Source of the DNA: Candidatus Hodarchaeota archaeon
Lineage (GTDB): Archaea > Asgardarchaeota > Lokiarchaeia > Sigyniarchaeales > SOKP01
Direction of reading: 5' to 3'
Assembly (NCBI GenBank): GCA_048886685.1
Contig: JBHLKM010000005.1
Span: forward strand, 42,958-106,957
Length of the DNA: 64,000 nt
Shown here one piece after another: positions 1-10,221 of this stretch. Numbering within the stretch: the first letter of the stretch is position 1; every line of letters starts with the position of its first letter. The notes below the pieces were generated by a model. It did no database searches, was not told where the DNA came from, and saw nothing but the letters and a program-made list of their open reading frames with translations. The position numbers were made by a program, and so were the translations under genes.

Positions 1-212
1 ATTCGCTCGGTTATTAGGTCAATATTATGTTCTGCTAGGATACTTAAGATATATGTAATCGGTATAGCAAGTTCAGATTTATCTAATAAACTCTCTAATT
101 CTTCTATTACTTTTATTACTTTTTGAGTTTTATTTTTACTTAGAAATTTGTTAAGCTTGTCAACAATAGGTTCAAGAACCAAATTGTCTTGAAATTCTTT
201 TAGATTAAACAT
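1..212 (-). CDS. Hypothetical alpha-helical (possibly HEAT/ARM-like) protein, 5' part only; runs off the window
   Basis: ATG at 212 opens MFNLKEFQDNLVLEPIVDKLNKFLSKNKTQKVIKVIEELESLLDKSELAIPITYILSILAEHNIDLITER... with no stop before position 1; absent from the ORF track. Confidence 0.6.
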   Translation of the reverse strand, partial: MFNLKEFQDNLVLEPIVDKLNKFLSKNKTQKVIKVIEELESLLDKSELAIPITYILSILAEHNIDLITER

Positions 213-251
213 TTTAAAAAAATATTAAACATGTATAATGAACTGTAATTG

Positions 252-977
252 TTAATCCAATAAGAATTTTTTGAAGGGTTCAATTTCTAAAATATCCTTA
301 ATTTCTTTAATTATAAAAGATGGTTTTGAATCTTCTAGACTTTCTCGAGTACCATGACCAGAAAGCAACGCAATACTTTTAACTTCTGCGTTCTTAGCAC
401 AATAAATATCTTGAGGGAGATCACCTATATAGTAAACATCGTTGTTATTTATTGAAATTTTAAGAATTTTCTTGATTTCTTTTAAGGCGACATAAATGGG
501 ATAAGGATTTGGTTTTCTGTAAGGAGTTTCGTTTCTTGAGATAAAGACAGAAAAATATTTGTTTAAATTTAATTGTCCTATAAAATGATCTAACCGATTT
601 CCACTTGTATTTGAGACTATTCCTAAGATAAAATTATTTTCTTTAAGTTTATTTAGTACAGCTTCTAGATCAGTTTTTAAAGTCTCATATTTCTCGTATT
701 TGGGATAAGTGCTCCTGAATTTCATAAAAAATAGAATTCTTTTCCACAAACTGGGAATATATTGTTTATAAATTTTGACTATTCTTAAAAAAGCTTTTAC
801 TCTATTTTTTGAATCTGCTTCTTCGAAGATTCGAGCTAAGTCTATAAGCCTTAATTTTTCCGTATTTCTCCAATTATAAAAACTCTTCTTTAAAAAAACT
901 GAAGCTGTATATTCTAAAGATTTTTGAGTAATGATAACTCCATCAAAATCAAATAGAATTATAGGTCGATGAGACAT
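252..977 (-). CDS. HAD-superfamily hydrolase (phosphoglycolate phosphatase-like)
   Basis: Motif I ILFDFDGVI, motif II IVSN, motif III RKPNP, motif IV YIGDLPQD. Confidence 0.85.
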   Translation of the reverse strand: MSHRPIILFDFDGVIITQKSLEYTASVFLKKSFYNWRNTEKLRLIDLARIFEEADSKNRVKAFLRIVKIYKQYIPSLWKRILFFMKFRSTYPKYEKYETLKTDLEAVLNKLKENNFILGIVSNTSGNRLDHFIGQLNLNKYFSVFISRNETPYRKPNPYPIYVALKEIKKILKISINNNDVYYIGDLPQDIYCAKNAEVKSIALLSGHGTRESLEDSKPSFIIKEIKDILEIEPFKKFLLD

Positions 978-1083
978 ATGTGTATTTAAAAGTGTGATTT
1001 AACTCTTAAACTTAATTATATGCGCTAAACAGTAAATAGAAATAAAATATAAAAAAAATTGAATGATTTAATTAAAACTCTTA

Positions 1084-1770
1084 TTAATCGATTTCATCCG
1101 GTTCCACAGAAACGTGAGAAAGCAACCAATCAAGTTGTCGTTCCTTTTTATTGATATTGAGAACAGTGGGTAATATCATAACTTCATCCGCTTTTCCTGG
1201 CATTATTGTAAACTTCCCGGCTCGGAGCATGAAGAATTCAAAAACATCAGGAATTTCTTTTTTAAATCTTAGACTTTTTACTGGAAATCTCTCGGCTGAA
1301 CTAAAAATACCAGCTTTATGGATGATTTCATTTCTTTCAATTTTATAATACTCGAATCTAGTACTAATCAACACAATCCCTAAAATGAACGCCAAGATTA
1401 TTGACATTACCATATAGAATTGCCAAGGCAAGCCTAAAAAGACATCTATATCCGCAGTAGATACCGTGAAATTGGGCAATACTAAGAATATAACAATCAA
1501 AATCACAATGACAATAGCTAGAATTAAAACAAAGAACTTGGTTGAGGAAAAATCGAAAGCAGTTACAAAAATATTTACAAAGAATACAATAAACCAAGCA
1601 TAACCTAATGCACTAGCATTATCTCCAGTATTATCATATATAATCGCCTGAATTAACCATAGAATAAGGGATGTTATCAGTAAAGGCCAATAAAATATTA
1701 CTTTGGGATAACTCCTTATGAATATCTCATTTGGGTATTTTACTTTTTTTTCAGACATAATTTCATTCAC
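1084..1770 (-). CDS. 4-TM membrane protein with C-terminal bacterial-PH-like domain; paralogue of 1988..2656
   Basis: Four hydrophobic segments, then YYKIERNEIIHKAGIFSS...GKFTI (bPH_2-like pattern); start may be the ATG of MSEKK. Confidence 0.6.
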   Translation of the reverse strand: MNEIMSEKKVKYPNEIFIRSYPKVIFYWPLLITSLILWLIQAIIYDNTGDNASALGYAWFIVFFVNIFVTAFDFSSTKFFVLILAIVIVILIVIFLVLPNFTVSTADIDVFLGLPWQFYMVMSIILAFILGIVLISTRFEYYKIERNEIIHKAGIFSSAERFPVKSLRFKKEIPDVFEFFMLRAGKFTIMPGKADEVMILPTVLNINKKERQLDWLLSHVSVEPDEID

Positions 1771-1987
1771 TACGTCTTTTTTTTTTTTATAATTTAAAGT
1801 AGATTATTAAAATAATAGATAGATGTGTTATTTAAATATTAGTATCTAATAGATTTACCTTAAATAAAGAAAAATTATAGTATATTCATTCACATTTAGG
1901 TTTTTTGACTTTTTAAATTAATAAGATATTTGACAAATTTTATCACAAATTTAAAATTTATGTAGTTTTTCTGAACAAAATCTATTC

Positions 1988-2656
1988 TCATATGATCTGA
2001 AGGCTACTTAAAAGAAGATCGATGCGTTCAGCTTTTTTTTTCACATTTAGAACTGTATTTAAGTGGACAATTTTATTATCTTTTGGAAACATAAGAGTAA
2101 TTGTTCCTGCTTTGAACAATAGATATTCAAATAAATCTGGAATCTCTTTTTTGATCCTAAGACCTCTTACCGGAAAACGTTCTAAGGATGTAGAAAAAAA
2201 TCCTGTTTTATGAATAACCTCATTTCTTTCAATACGATAATAGTCAAATCTTGAACTAACTATAACTAATCCTAAGATCAGCCCTAAAATGATTGCCATT
2301 ATCATATAAAACTCAGCTGACAATCCAATCCTAAAATTTTGACCAACTATACCTAACTGTTTTAATGTTGGTATCAAACCAAGAAAGATAGCTAACAAAA
2401 CAACGATAACCACTCCCAGAATTAATATCAAAACTCTGTAAGAAGGAAAATCCAAAGCAGTTACCGTAAAATTTGAAAAGAATATAACTACCCAGATTAA
2501 TCCAAACCATGGATTAAAATCTGTTAAAAATGATTGAGCAATGCAAAATGTAACTGACACTAAAAACAATGGTGTAAAAAATATAGCTTTAGGGAAATTT
2601 CTTAGAATTATTTGATTATTTCTTAAAGAATTACTTGTTCCCATTTTTTCTCCCAT
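1988..2656 (-). CDS. 4-TM membrane protein with C-terminal bacterial-PH-like domain; paralogue of 1084..1770
   Basis: Shares FYMxMxIIL, RFxYYxIERNExIHKxGxFS, ERFPV and KKEIPDxFE motifs with the neighbour. Confidence 0.6.
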   Translation of the reverse strand: MGEKMGTSNSLRNNQIILRNFPKAIFFTPLFLVSVTFCIAQSFLTDFNPWFGLIWVVIFFSNFTVTALDFPSYRVLILILGVVIVVLLAIFLGLIPTLKQLGIVGQNFRIGLSAEFYMIMAIILGLILGLVIVSSRFDYYRIERNEVIHKTGFFSTSLERFPVRGLRIKKEIPDLFEYLLFKAGTITLMFPKDNKIVHLNTVLNVKKKAERIDLLLSSLQII

Positions 2657-2797
2657 GGTTATAAGTAAAATACTTTTTTGATGTCTATAATAGATTTCAC
2701 ATTATTTAATATAATACTTCTCTAAAAAAAATTACTATTATTTAATCGAATTTGTGCAAATATAATCTAAAAAATAGCAATAAATTTCCAAGAGAGA

Positions 2798-3547
2798 TTA
2801 ATAAAAAGAATCTATTGTTTTAATCATTTTATAAGAGAGTTCCACTGATTTATTCCCGTTTTCACTGATTCCCATATGACCTGGAAGGAGATACTTTACA
2901 TCTAAGTTATTTACAAATTTTATTGAATTAATTAATGTAGGTAATGAACCACCTGGAAAATCATATCTCCCAAAACTACCTCCTATAAAGATCAGGTCAC
3001 CAGGAATCAAAACTTTTTTTCCTGGCTCATAATAGCATACTGAACCTGAAGAATGGCCTGGGGTATGATAAATCTCAAAATTAAAATCAGAAGAAATTTT
3101 TATCTCTTTTAAATTACTTAAATCATTAATTTGAAGAGGAGTAATCTCAATTCCAAATCTATTCGCAGTTAAACCGAATATAACAGGTAAAATTCTCCTT
3201 TCTTCTCCTTTTTCTAATATTTTTGCTGTTTCACCGTAAGCATAAATTACTGGAGGGTCATCTTTCAAAATATCTAGCAGTTTATAGATGCCTAAGACAT
3301 GATCTACATGTTCATGAGTAAGGAACACTTTAGTAATTCGTTTGTAATTCAAATTAAATCTTCCCATTCCCTTAATCAAACCATCAAGGGAAATTGCATT
3401 ACCCGCATCGAATAAACTAAGATCACCGGTATTACTATCTTTAATAATATATTGATTACAATCAAGCATCTGATTTTCTGAGAAATAATATAAATCTGTA
3501 ATAATCTCCTTACCTAATTTCTCAGAATCATCCCTAGAAAAAAACAT
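2798..3547 (-). CDS. Metallo-beta-lactamase-fold hydrolase (glyoxalase II-like)
   Basis: THEHVDH, HTPGHS, GDLIF and PGH motifs. Confidence 0.9.
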   Translation of the reverse strand: MFFSRDDSEKLGKEIITDLYYFSENQMLDCNQYIIKDSNTGDLSLFDAGNAISLDGLIKGMGRFNLNYKRITKVFLTHEHVDHVLGIYKLLDILKDDPPVIYAYGETAKILEKGEERRILPVIFGLTANRFGIEITPLQINDLSNLKEIKISSDFNFEIYHTPGHSSGSVCYYEPGKKVLIPGDLIFIGGSFGRYDFPGGSLPTLINSIKFVNNLDVKYLLPGHMGISENGNKSVELSYKMIKTIDSFY

Positions 3548-3652
3548 AATATTTCAATTTAAGATCTATTTTAACCAAATAAAATTAGCTTGATTTTAAT
3601 GTTTTTCTTTTAAAAGATATAAATATTAATAATCAGAAAATAAATTATAATT

Positions 3653-4033
3653 ATGTCTAAAGAACCCAAAATTGAAAAATTAAAATCTAAAATCAGTTTT
3701 GGTATAAAATTTTGGCTCCAATTCGAGAATAAGAGTATATTAGGTAGTGGATGGGCAAAACTGTTAAAAAATATCGAAAAAAATAAGGAGGGTTCTTTAA
3801 CTCAAGCGGCTAAAGAATGTAATTATTCTTATAAGTATGCTTGGAATATTCTGAAGAGAATCGAAAAAAGAACTGGGATGCCTGTTGTAATAACAGGTAA
3901 AGGTGGCACAGGAGGTGGAGGATGGATTAAATTGAATGAATGGGGTCATTATCTTTTAGACACATATAATCAATATTTTAAAGAGATCAGTAAAATTGAA
4001 CAAAATCTTGAAGGAACCGTGAAAACAGACTAA
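3653..4033 (+). CDS. ModE N-terminal-like winged-helix transcriptional regulator
   Basis: GSLTQAAKECNYSYKYAWNILKRIE...GKGGTGGGG is the ModE-type HTH plus glycine wing; no TOBE domains. Confidence 0.85.
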   Translation: MSKEPKIEKLKSKISFGIKFWLQFENKSILGSGWAKLLKNIEKNKEGSLTQAAKECNYSYKYAWNILKRIEKRTGMPVVITGKGGTGGGGWIKLNEWGHYLLDTYNQYFKEISKIEQNLEGTVKTD

Positions 4034-4140
4034 TAAATAAATTTTAATTTAAGAAATGATTATTTTCATTAAGTTTAAGACAATGAAATAGATTTTTTTA
4101 GAAAAGAATTTTAAAAAAATTTAATATATGGGGTTTTAAT

Positions 4141-4569
4141 ATGGGGGAAGATCGCTTACAAAAATTTAGCCAAATAAAAGTATCGGAGATTATGATCAAG
4201 GATCCCCTTTCTATAACTCCAGATGAGAAAATTAGTACAACAGAACTTTTAATGTTGAGGAAAAAAATCGGAGGGCTCCCTGTAGTTAAGGATCGTAAAA
4301 AAAGTCAATTAATTGGAATTATCACCCAGCGAGATATACGTTTAGCTAGATTTGCTATGAGTTTAGAATCACCAAATACAACTGTGAAAGACTTAATGAC
4401 TTCTGAACCTTATGTAGTTAAAGAGGATGAGACATTAAGAAGTGTTTTAGAATTAATGTTTGGAAAAAATATCCAACGCTTACCTGTTGTAAATGATAAT
4501 AACCAATTAATTGGATTAATTGTACAAAACCAAATCTTAAAAAAATTATTTGACTATATGAAAACATAA
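4141..4569 (+). CDS. CBS-pair protein
   Basis: Two CBS repeats (IGGLPVV..LIGIITQRDI; IQRLPVV..LIGLI). Confidence 0.9.
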   Translation: MGEDRLQKFSQIKVSEIMIKDPLSITPDEKISTTELLMLRKKIGGLPVVKDRKKSQLIGIITQRDIRLARFAMSLESPNTTVKDLMTSEPYVVKEDETLRSVLELMFGKNIQRLPVVNDNNQLIGLIVQNQILKKLFDYMKT

Positions 4570-4648
4570 GGAAAAAACAAAATAAAATTATAAAAACTAT
4601 AAAAATCATAGTTTTGATAATTAAAAATAATAAGAGCGTTGATTCAAA

Positions 4649-6172
4649 ATGGCAATACCCCTACCTGGTACACCAATCATAATCGATATAGGTTCTGCTT
4701 ACGTAAAAGTTGGATTTGCAGGAGAACCAGGTCCTAGATTTGTATTTCCTTGCATTACGGGCACTGAGAAATATAAAGCCGTAATGGTTGACGTAAGTGC
4801 AAGAAGTATATACGTTGGTAATGATGTTTCGCGAATGAGGGGCGTACTTAAAATCAAACACCCAATAGAAAGGGGCGCAATTATGGATTGGGACAGTTTC
4901 TACGAAATCCTCAACTATATTTTCTATTCTCTATTGAGGATTGAAAATTTATCGGATTATCCAGTATTTTATTGTGAATCACCTTTCATGAATAAAGAGA
5001 CTAAAGAATATATCGCTAGACTTCTATTTGAAACACATAGGATTAGAAGTCTTATTATGATGCCTACACCCTTATTGTCATTATTCAGTGTTGGATTGAC
5101 AACAGGATTAGTTATAGAATCAGGTGATGGTCTAACTTGGGTAGTTCCCATTATAAATGGTCAAATGATTGAGCATTCTGTACAAAAGCTTCCCCTAGCT
5201 GGTGTTGATGTAAATCACAATCTAAAGAATCTTTTAATGAGGGAAGGAATAAATATAGCATCAAGTGCAGCCGATGAAATCATTCAAGAAATTAAAGAAA
5301 AAAATTGTTATTTTGTTTTAGACCCAAATAATACCCCAAAAACGAACGAGATGTTCAGTATTCCAATGCCAGATGGTTCTACTATAAATATACCTAATTA
5401 TATTCTCTCTCAAGCACCAGAAGTTTTATTCAATCCAAGTATGTTAGGGTATAGCACTGTTATGAATTTACCTGATGCTGTAATCGCTAGCTTGAGAGTA
5501 TTAGATAATAATTACTGGCACGATTTATTATCTCATATTGTGATTTCAGGAGGAAATCTTTCATATAGTGGTTTTGAGGAACGATTCGAATCTGAGATGA
5601 ATGCTATCCTCCCTCAATTAGGTTCAATCCCAAGACCAAAACCCATTCTTTCAACAGTCAAAAATGAACTAATTCAACTCCAAGTTGCTGAAATTTCAAA
5701 GAAAAAAAGTGATACGTGTAGTCATTGTGGAGCGTTTGTAGATTTATCTTCTAGTATCGAACATTGTCCTTCATGTGGAGGGAGATTAATTTTGCCTGAA
5801 ATAAAAATTGAGTTATCTTCCTCAAGTGGGAAAAAAGACATAGAAAAGAGATTATGCCCCTTCTGTAAAAAAGAGATTGCGGATATATCCTCATTATTTT
5901 GTCCCTACTGTGGAAAATCAATAGAAAGCTTAGAGAAAACTGAAGTTCCTAAAGTTGAAAAACCAAAAACGGCTGCTCAAGAATTCACTGAATACATGGA
6001 GGCCTCTAGTAAAGTTTTGGAACTTTTTGTGCCTGATAATCTACAATTTACTATCTTCAATGGAGCAGCTATTCTAGGAAGTTTACCATCGTTTCAGAAT
6101 CTCTTTATCACCTATGATCAATTTCAAACTAATAAAGATCTCTTATATAGAGATATAAGCGAGATTCTTTGA
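4649..6172 (+). CDS. Asgard actin-related protein with internal zinc-ribbon insertion
   Basis: IIIDIGSAYVKVGFAGE, HPIERGAIMDWD, TTGLVIESGDG, EIKEKNC, IVISGG, IFNGAAILGSL; insert carries four CxxC motifs. Confidence 0.92.
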   Translation: MAIPLPGTPIIIDIGSAYVKVGFAGEPGPRFVFPCITGTEKYKAVMVDVSARSIYVGNDVSRMRGVLKIKHPIERGAIMDWDSFYEILNYIFYSLLRIENLSDYPVFYCESPFMNKETKEYIARLLFETHRIRSLIMMPTPLLSLFSVGLTTGLVIESGDGLTWVVPIINGQMIEHSVQKLPLAGVDVNHNLKNLLMREGINIASSAADEIIQEIKEKNCYFVLDPNNTPKTNEMFSIPMPDGSTINIPNYILSQAPEVLFNPSMLGYSTVMNLPDAVIASLRVLDNNYWHDLLSHIVISGGNLSYSGFEERFESEMNAILPQLGSIPRPKPILSTVKNELIQLQVAEISKKKSDTCSHCGAFVDLSSSIEHCPSCGGRLILPEIKIELSSSSGKKDIEKRLCPFCKKEIADISSLFCPYCGKSIESLEKTEVPKVEKPKTAAQEFTEYMEASSKVLELFVPDNLQFTIFNGAAILGSLPSFQNLFITYDQFQTNKDLLYRDISEIL

Positions 6173-6303
6173 AATTTCAGGATTAACTACCTATTTGTCT
6201 TTTTAAAAGATATCTAATTAATAAGTCCTACTGATAGATAGTTTTTAATTTCAAGGTAAATTTAAACAATTAAAATTTTATTCAATTAGCTTAGGTTGTT
6301 TAT

Positions 6304-7395
6304 TTGAAGACCAAATTTCGGTATTTCACTATTACACTAATAGTATTTTTTTTTATTTTAAATATAATTCCGATTGCATTGGGTAAAACTCGAAATGCTT
6401 ATTTAATTGATTTTATTTATAACCAAGAGATAGAAGGTGAAGGATTTAGAAATGGGCTTAAAGGGGGAGACCCAAGTAAGGAAGCAACAGCTTATGCTTT
6501 AGAAATTTTGGATTACTATGACCGATCACCACATAGAAATACTGATCTCAAATCATACTTAGAATCAGAATTAGAAACTATGTTTGACAATGATGAAATT
6601 GTACTATATGATTTATACTACTTGCTTAAATCCTTAGATCTATTAGATTCTCCACCTGAGGCTAGGTTAAAAGAAAGAATCCATAATTTTATTAATGGGA
6701 CTGAACAAATTGGTGGAGGATTTTCATTTTCAAATACCTCTTCGTTAGCAAGTATGAGTTCAACATACTTTATTGTTCAAGTTTTTACATTAATACAAGA
6801 ACCTATACCAAATAGAACTGTTCATAAAGATTGGATCTTATCATGCAATAATAGTGATGGTGGGTACGGTGCTAACAGCAGTTTATCTTCTACCTTACTC
6901 ACTACTTATTACGCTGTGTATCTTTTAGATGCACTTAACTCAGTGAATGATCTAGCCAATATAAATCAGACTTCAACTTACTTAAATTCTTTTTACGTAA
7001 AAAATCCATCAGATATAAATAATTTTGGAGGAGGATTACCTGATCCCATAGCTGATTACGCATTGATAAGTAGTACCTATCACTATGTAAGTGCTATTTC
7101 TATCATAAATAAAGAAATGCTCAATAAAGAGCAAACTGCTAAGTGGGTATTATCTCGTCAATATTTTCAAGATGGAGGTTTTGCAGATATAACAGAAGGA
7201 ACAAGTCAGCGAGCATCATCTGTAATTACATCATATTATGCTTTTGAGACTTTAAATATATCTGGTTCTTTGAGTAAATTATCAGCAGATGTGTTTATGG
7301 TAGAGTTCGACTATTGGATTTTAATAATCATATTTGCAAGTATTGGTTTAATCGCAGGTATATGGGTAATTGTTTGGAGAAGGAGAAGAATTTAA
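6304..7395 (+). CDS. Prenyltransferase/squalene-oxidase-repeat (alpha/alpha barrel) protein with signal peptide and C-terminal TM anchor
   Basis: Repeated (D/G)GG(F/Y)...STYY/TTYYAV motifs; hydrophobic N-terminus; C-terminal TM followed by WRRRRI. Confidence 0.75.
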   Translation: MKTKFRYFTITLIVFFFILNIIPIALGKTRNAYLIDFIYNQEIEGEGFRNGLKGGDPSKEATAYALEILDYYDRSPHRNTDLKSYLESELETMFDNDEIVLYDLYYLLKSLDLLDSPPEARLKERIHNFINGTEQIGGGFSFSNTSSLASMSSTYFIVQVFTLIQEPIPNRTVHKDWILSCNNSDGGYGANSSLSSTLLTTYYAVYLLDALNSVNDLANINQTSTYLNSFYVKNPSDINNFGGGLPDPIADYALISSTYHYVSAISIINKEMLNKEQTAKWVLSRQYFQDGGFADITEGTSQRASSVITSYYAFETLNISGSLSKLSADVFMVEFDYWILIIIFASIGLIAGIWVIVWRRRRI

Positions 7396-7484
7396 AATTT
7401 TTTTACTGAAACCAAAGAATTTTCAAATGAGTTATTCTTATTTTAATATGTCTATAATTCAAACATTCATGCAGAAATCAAATT

Positions 7485-8351
7485 ATGAATGATAAAATAT
7501 TAGACGGAAAAGCCCTTGCAGAAAAACTAAATTTAATTCTAAAAGATAAAATCAGTGAAGCAGTAGATAGAACCGGTATTAAACCTAAATTAGTTACTAT
7601 ATTACTTGGAGACGATCCTGCATCAAAAGTCTATTTGAATATGAAAAAAAGAACCAGTGCTTTTCTAGGTATTGAATCTGAAATTTTAGAATTGGATGAA
7701 TATAGCTCAAAAGAGATATTTGCTGAAGAAATCAAAAAACTTAACACAAATGATAGTGTCCATGGAATATTACTACAGTTACCTCTTCCACAATCCCAAG
7801 TTTCTAATACACTAGAATATATTGAATTTATATCACCAAAAAAAGATGTAGATGGATTAACTCCATTAAATAAAGGTAAACTTTATGATTATAACGAAAA
7901 CTTAGCGCCTTGCACTCCTACAGGAATCATTACATTACTTGAATATTATAATATTGACTTAAAAGGAAAAGAAGTAGTGATCATTAATCGATCGAATCTT
8001 GTCGGTAAGCCATTAATATTTATGATGCTTAAACGGAATGCTACTGTTTCAGTTTGTCATACATCCACAATTAATATTGAGAACCATATGAGAAGAGCAG
8101 ATATCTTAGTAGTAGCTGTAAGGCAACCAAATTTTATAACTAAAGAAAAAATAAAAAAGGGCGCAATAATAATTGACGTTGGCATAAATAGGGTCAATGG
8201 AAAATTATGTGGAGATGTAAATTTTGAAGATGTGTATGAAAAAAGTGGGAAAATTACTCCTTCTCCTGGAGGTATCGGACCACTAACAGTTCATTTTTTA
8301 CTCCAAAATACTTTTACAGCATATAAAAATCAATTAGGTATTAATTTCTGA
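7485..8351 (+). CDS. folD: Methylenetetrahydrofolate dehydrogenase/cyclohydrolase
   Basis: ILDGKALA, VHGILLQLPLP, KDVDGL, PCTP, RSNLVGKP, IDVGINR, PGGIGP. Confidence 0.96.
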   Translation: MNDKILDGKALAEKLNLILKDKISEAVDRTGIKPKLVTILLGDDPASKVYLNMKKRTSAFLGIESEILELDEYSSKEIFAEEIKKLNTNDSVHGILLQLPLPQSQVSNTLEYIEFISPKKDVDGLTPLNKGKLYDYNENLAPCTPTGIITLLEYYNIDLKGKEVVIINRSNLVGKPLIFMMLKRNATVSVCHTSTINIENHMRRADILVVAVRQPNFITKEKIKKGAIIIDVGINRVNGKLCGDVNFEDVYEKSGKITPSPGGIGPLTVHFLLQNTFTAYKNQLGINF

Positions 8352-8517
8352 CTATAATATAATTCTCAAATATTCTTTTATAAAGCTAAAAACAATTAAA
8401 ATTATATTTAATTGTAGCTTTAAAAAAAGATAGTAATAAAAACTTTCATTATTACTATAAAACAAAATAACGAGCATTGATAATATCTTAGAATTAGAAA
8501 AAAGTTCCTTATAAATA

Positions 8518-8973
8518 ATGGCAATATTAGAAGTTGGAATCAATATTGGAATGAAAAACTTAATTGAAATTAAGTATTATACATCTTCGGATAACGTCTT
8601 AGATCCAAATTTGCGTGCTGGATTTTTAACAGCATTAGAAAGTTTTACAAGCGAAGTTTTTGGTGATGATATTAATGTAATTTCTCTTGCAAGTTTTAAA
8701 TTAGTCTGCTGCTGTGAAATGATACAAATGCCCAGCAATGATGTTGAAAATAAGCAACCGTTATTGTCATTTGCCATTATTGAAAAAGGAACAGAAGTTC
8801 CGGTAGTTAAAGAACAATTAAACGAAATCGTTATTTATTTTCTAAACCGCTACTCACTGAATGATATATTTTCCAAAAAACCAAAATATTTTAAAGATTT
8901 TGAAACTCGTATAAATGAGATCTTAGGGGATCTAAAATTAAAAACAGAAGATCGTTTTAGATCTATATTCTAA
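8518..8973 (+). CDS. Longin-like domain protein (Asgard type)
   Basis: DPNLRAGFLTALESFTSEVFG helix and F..RY...FKDF..RINEIL tail typical of longin folds. Confidence 0.55.
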   Translation: MAILEVGINIGMKNLIEIKYYTSSDNVLDPNLRAGFLTALESFTSEVFGDDINVISLASFKLVCCCEMIQMPSNDVENKQPLLSFAIIEKGTEVPVVKEQLNEIVIYFLNRYSLNDIFSKKPKYFKDFETRINEILGDLKLKTEDRFRSIF

Positions 8974-8997
8974 AATTAAATTTACAGGGATTAATTT

Positions 8998-10194
8998 TTG
9001 AGTTCAAATATTGGAGCCGCAGCTAAAATTAAGTACCAAGAGTATTTAGATGCGGGGTCTTTAGAGCTAAAAATAAAATTGTTGGAGGAATTCATTTCTT
9101 TAGTTCCTAAACATAAAGGAACAGAGAAGATTATCGCGCTAAATAGATCACGTCTTGCTAAGATGAAACGCGAGCTTGAAGACCGAAAACAACGACAAAA
9201 GATAACTCAAAAAGTTATTAGCCCTTTTTCAATTAAAAAAGAAGGAATTCAAATAATACTGATTAGTGCCTATTATACACCAGGGGTCGGTAAATCTTCC
9301 CTTTTAAATTTTTTAACTGGTGCTGCTGAAGAAAAAATTGGCAAATTTACCGCGCTTCCTGAAATAGGAATCTATAATTACAATAATATTCGATTTCAAA
9401 TAGTCGAAATGCCTTCTATCATGAGGGGAGCGTCAGAGGGGATAGGAAACGGGAAAGAAATATTATCCCAACTTAGATCTTGCGATTTGATTTGTATATG
9501 TGTAGATCTTTCAAGGAATGTTGAAGAACAAATGAGTGTACTTATAGAGGAATTATCTAAAGCTGAAATCAGAATAAATATACCTCCACCTCCTCTTAAT
9601 ATCCAAAAAACAGGTTCTAATAAAATTCAAGTCTTATATTTGACAAAGGAAGCCAAAAATGTCGAGGATATTGAAGATTTTACAGAAAAGATTAAAGAAA
9701 TTATCCAGGAAAATGGGATAAGAAATGCTATAGTAAAAATTTATGGTGTCATAACTTTTGACGATATTATAGATGTTTTGACTCCTTCTGTTGTATATAA
9801 AAGAGCTATGATTATTGCAACGAAAGGAGATCTCCCACACACCGAAGAAAAATTCGAGAAATTAAAATGGAAATATTCTGATAAGTTTTCAAAAATAATA
9901 GGAACTAGTGTACATAAAAAAACCATTCCTCAAGATTTTGGTGAAATAGTTCTAAAATACTTAAAGAAAATACGCATATATACCATGAGCTCTAGTGGAG
10001 ATATAGCAGAGAAGCCAATAATTATGGAGGAAAATTCGACTATTAAAGATGCTGCTATTAAAATACATAAAAGCTTTTATGAATCCTTTGATCATGCAAT
10101 AGTTATACGGGAAAGCGCTCGTCAAAAACGTAAGAAAGTTGGGCTAGATTACGTTCTATTTGATAATGATATAATTGAAATCTTTACAATGTAA
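8998..10194 (+). CDS. DRG/OBG-family GTPase with TGS domain; G motifs degenerate
   Basis: VPKHKGTE, PGVGKSSLL, GASEGIGNGKEILS, C-terminal IRIYT...KIH..F...KKVGLDYVLFDNDIIEI (TGS). Confidence 0.85.
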   Translation: MSSNIGAAAKIKYQEYLDAGSLELKIKLLEEFISLVPKHKGTEKIIALNRSRLAKMKRELEDRKQRQKITQKVISPFSIKKEGIQIILISAYYTPGVGKSSLLNFLTGAAEEKIGKFTALPEIGIYNYNNIRFQIVEMPSIMRGASEGIGNGKEILSQLRSCDLICICVDLSRNVEEQMSVLIEELSKAEIRINIPPPPLNIQKTGSNKIQVLYLTKEAKNVEDIEDFTEKIKEIIQENGIRNAIVKIYGVITFDDIIDVLTPSVVYKRAMIIATKGDLPHTEEKFEKLKWKYSDKFSKIIGTSVHKKTIPQDFGEIVLKYLKKIRIYTMSSSGDIAEKPIIMEENSTIKDAAIKIHKSFYESFDHAIVIRESARQKRKKVGLDYVLFDNDIIEIFTM

Positions 10195-10221
10195 TTTTAA
10201 ATGTTTTATAGGGATAAGTAT

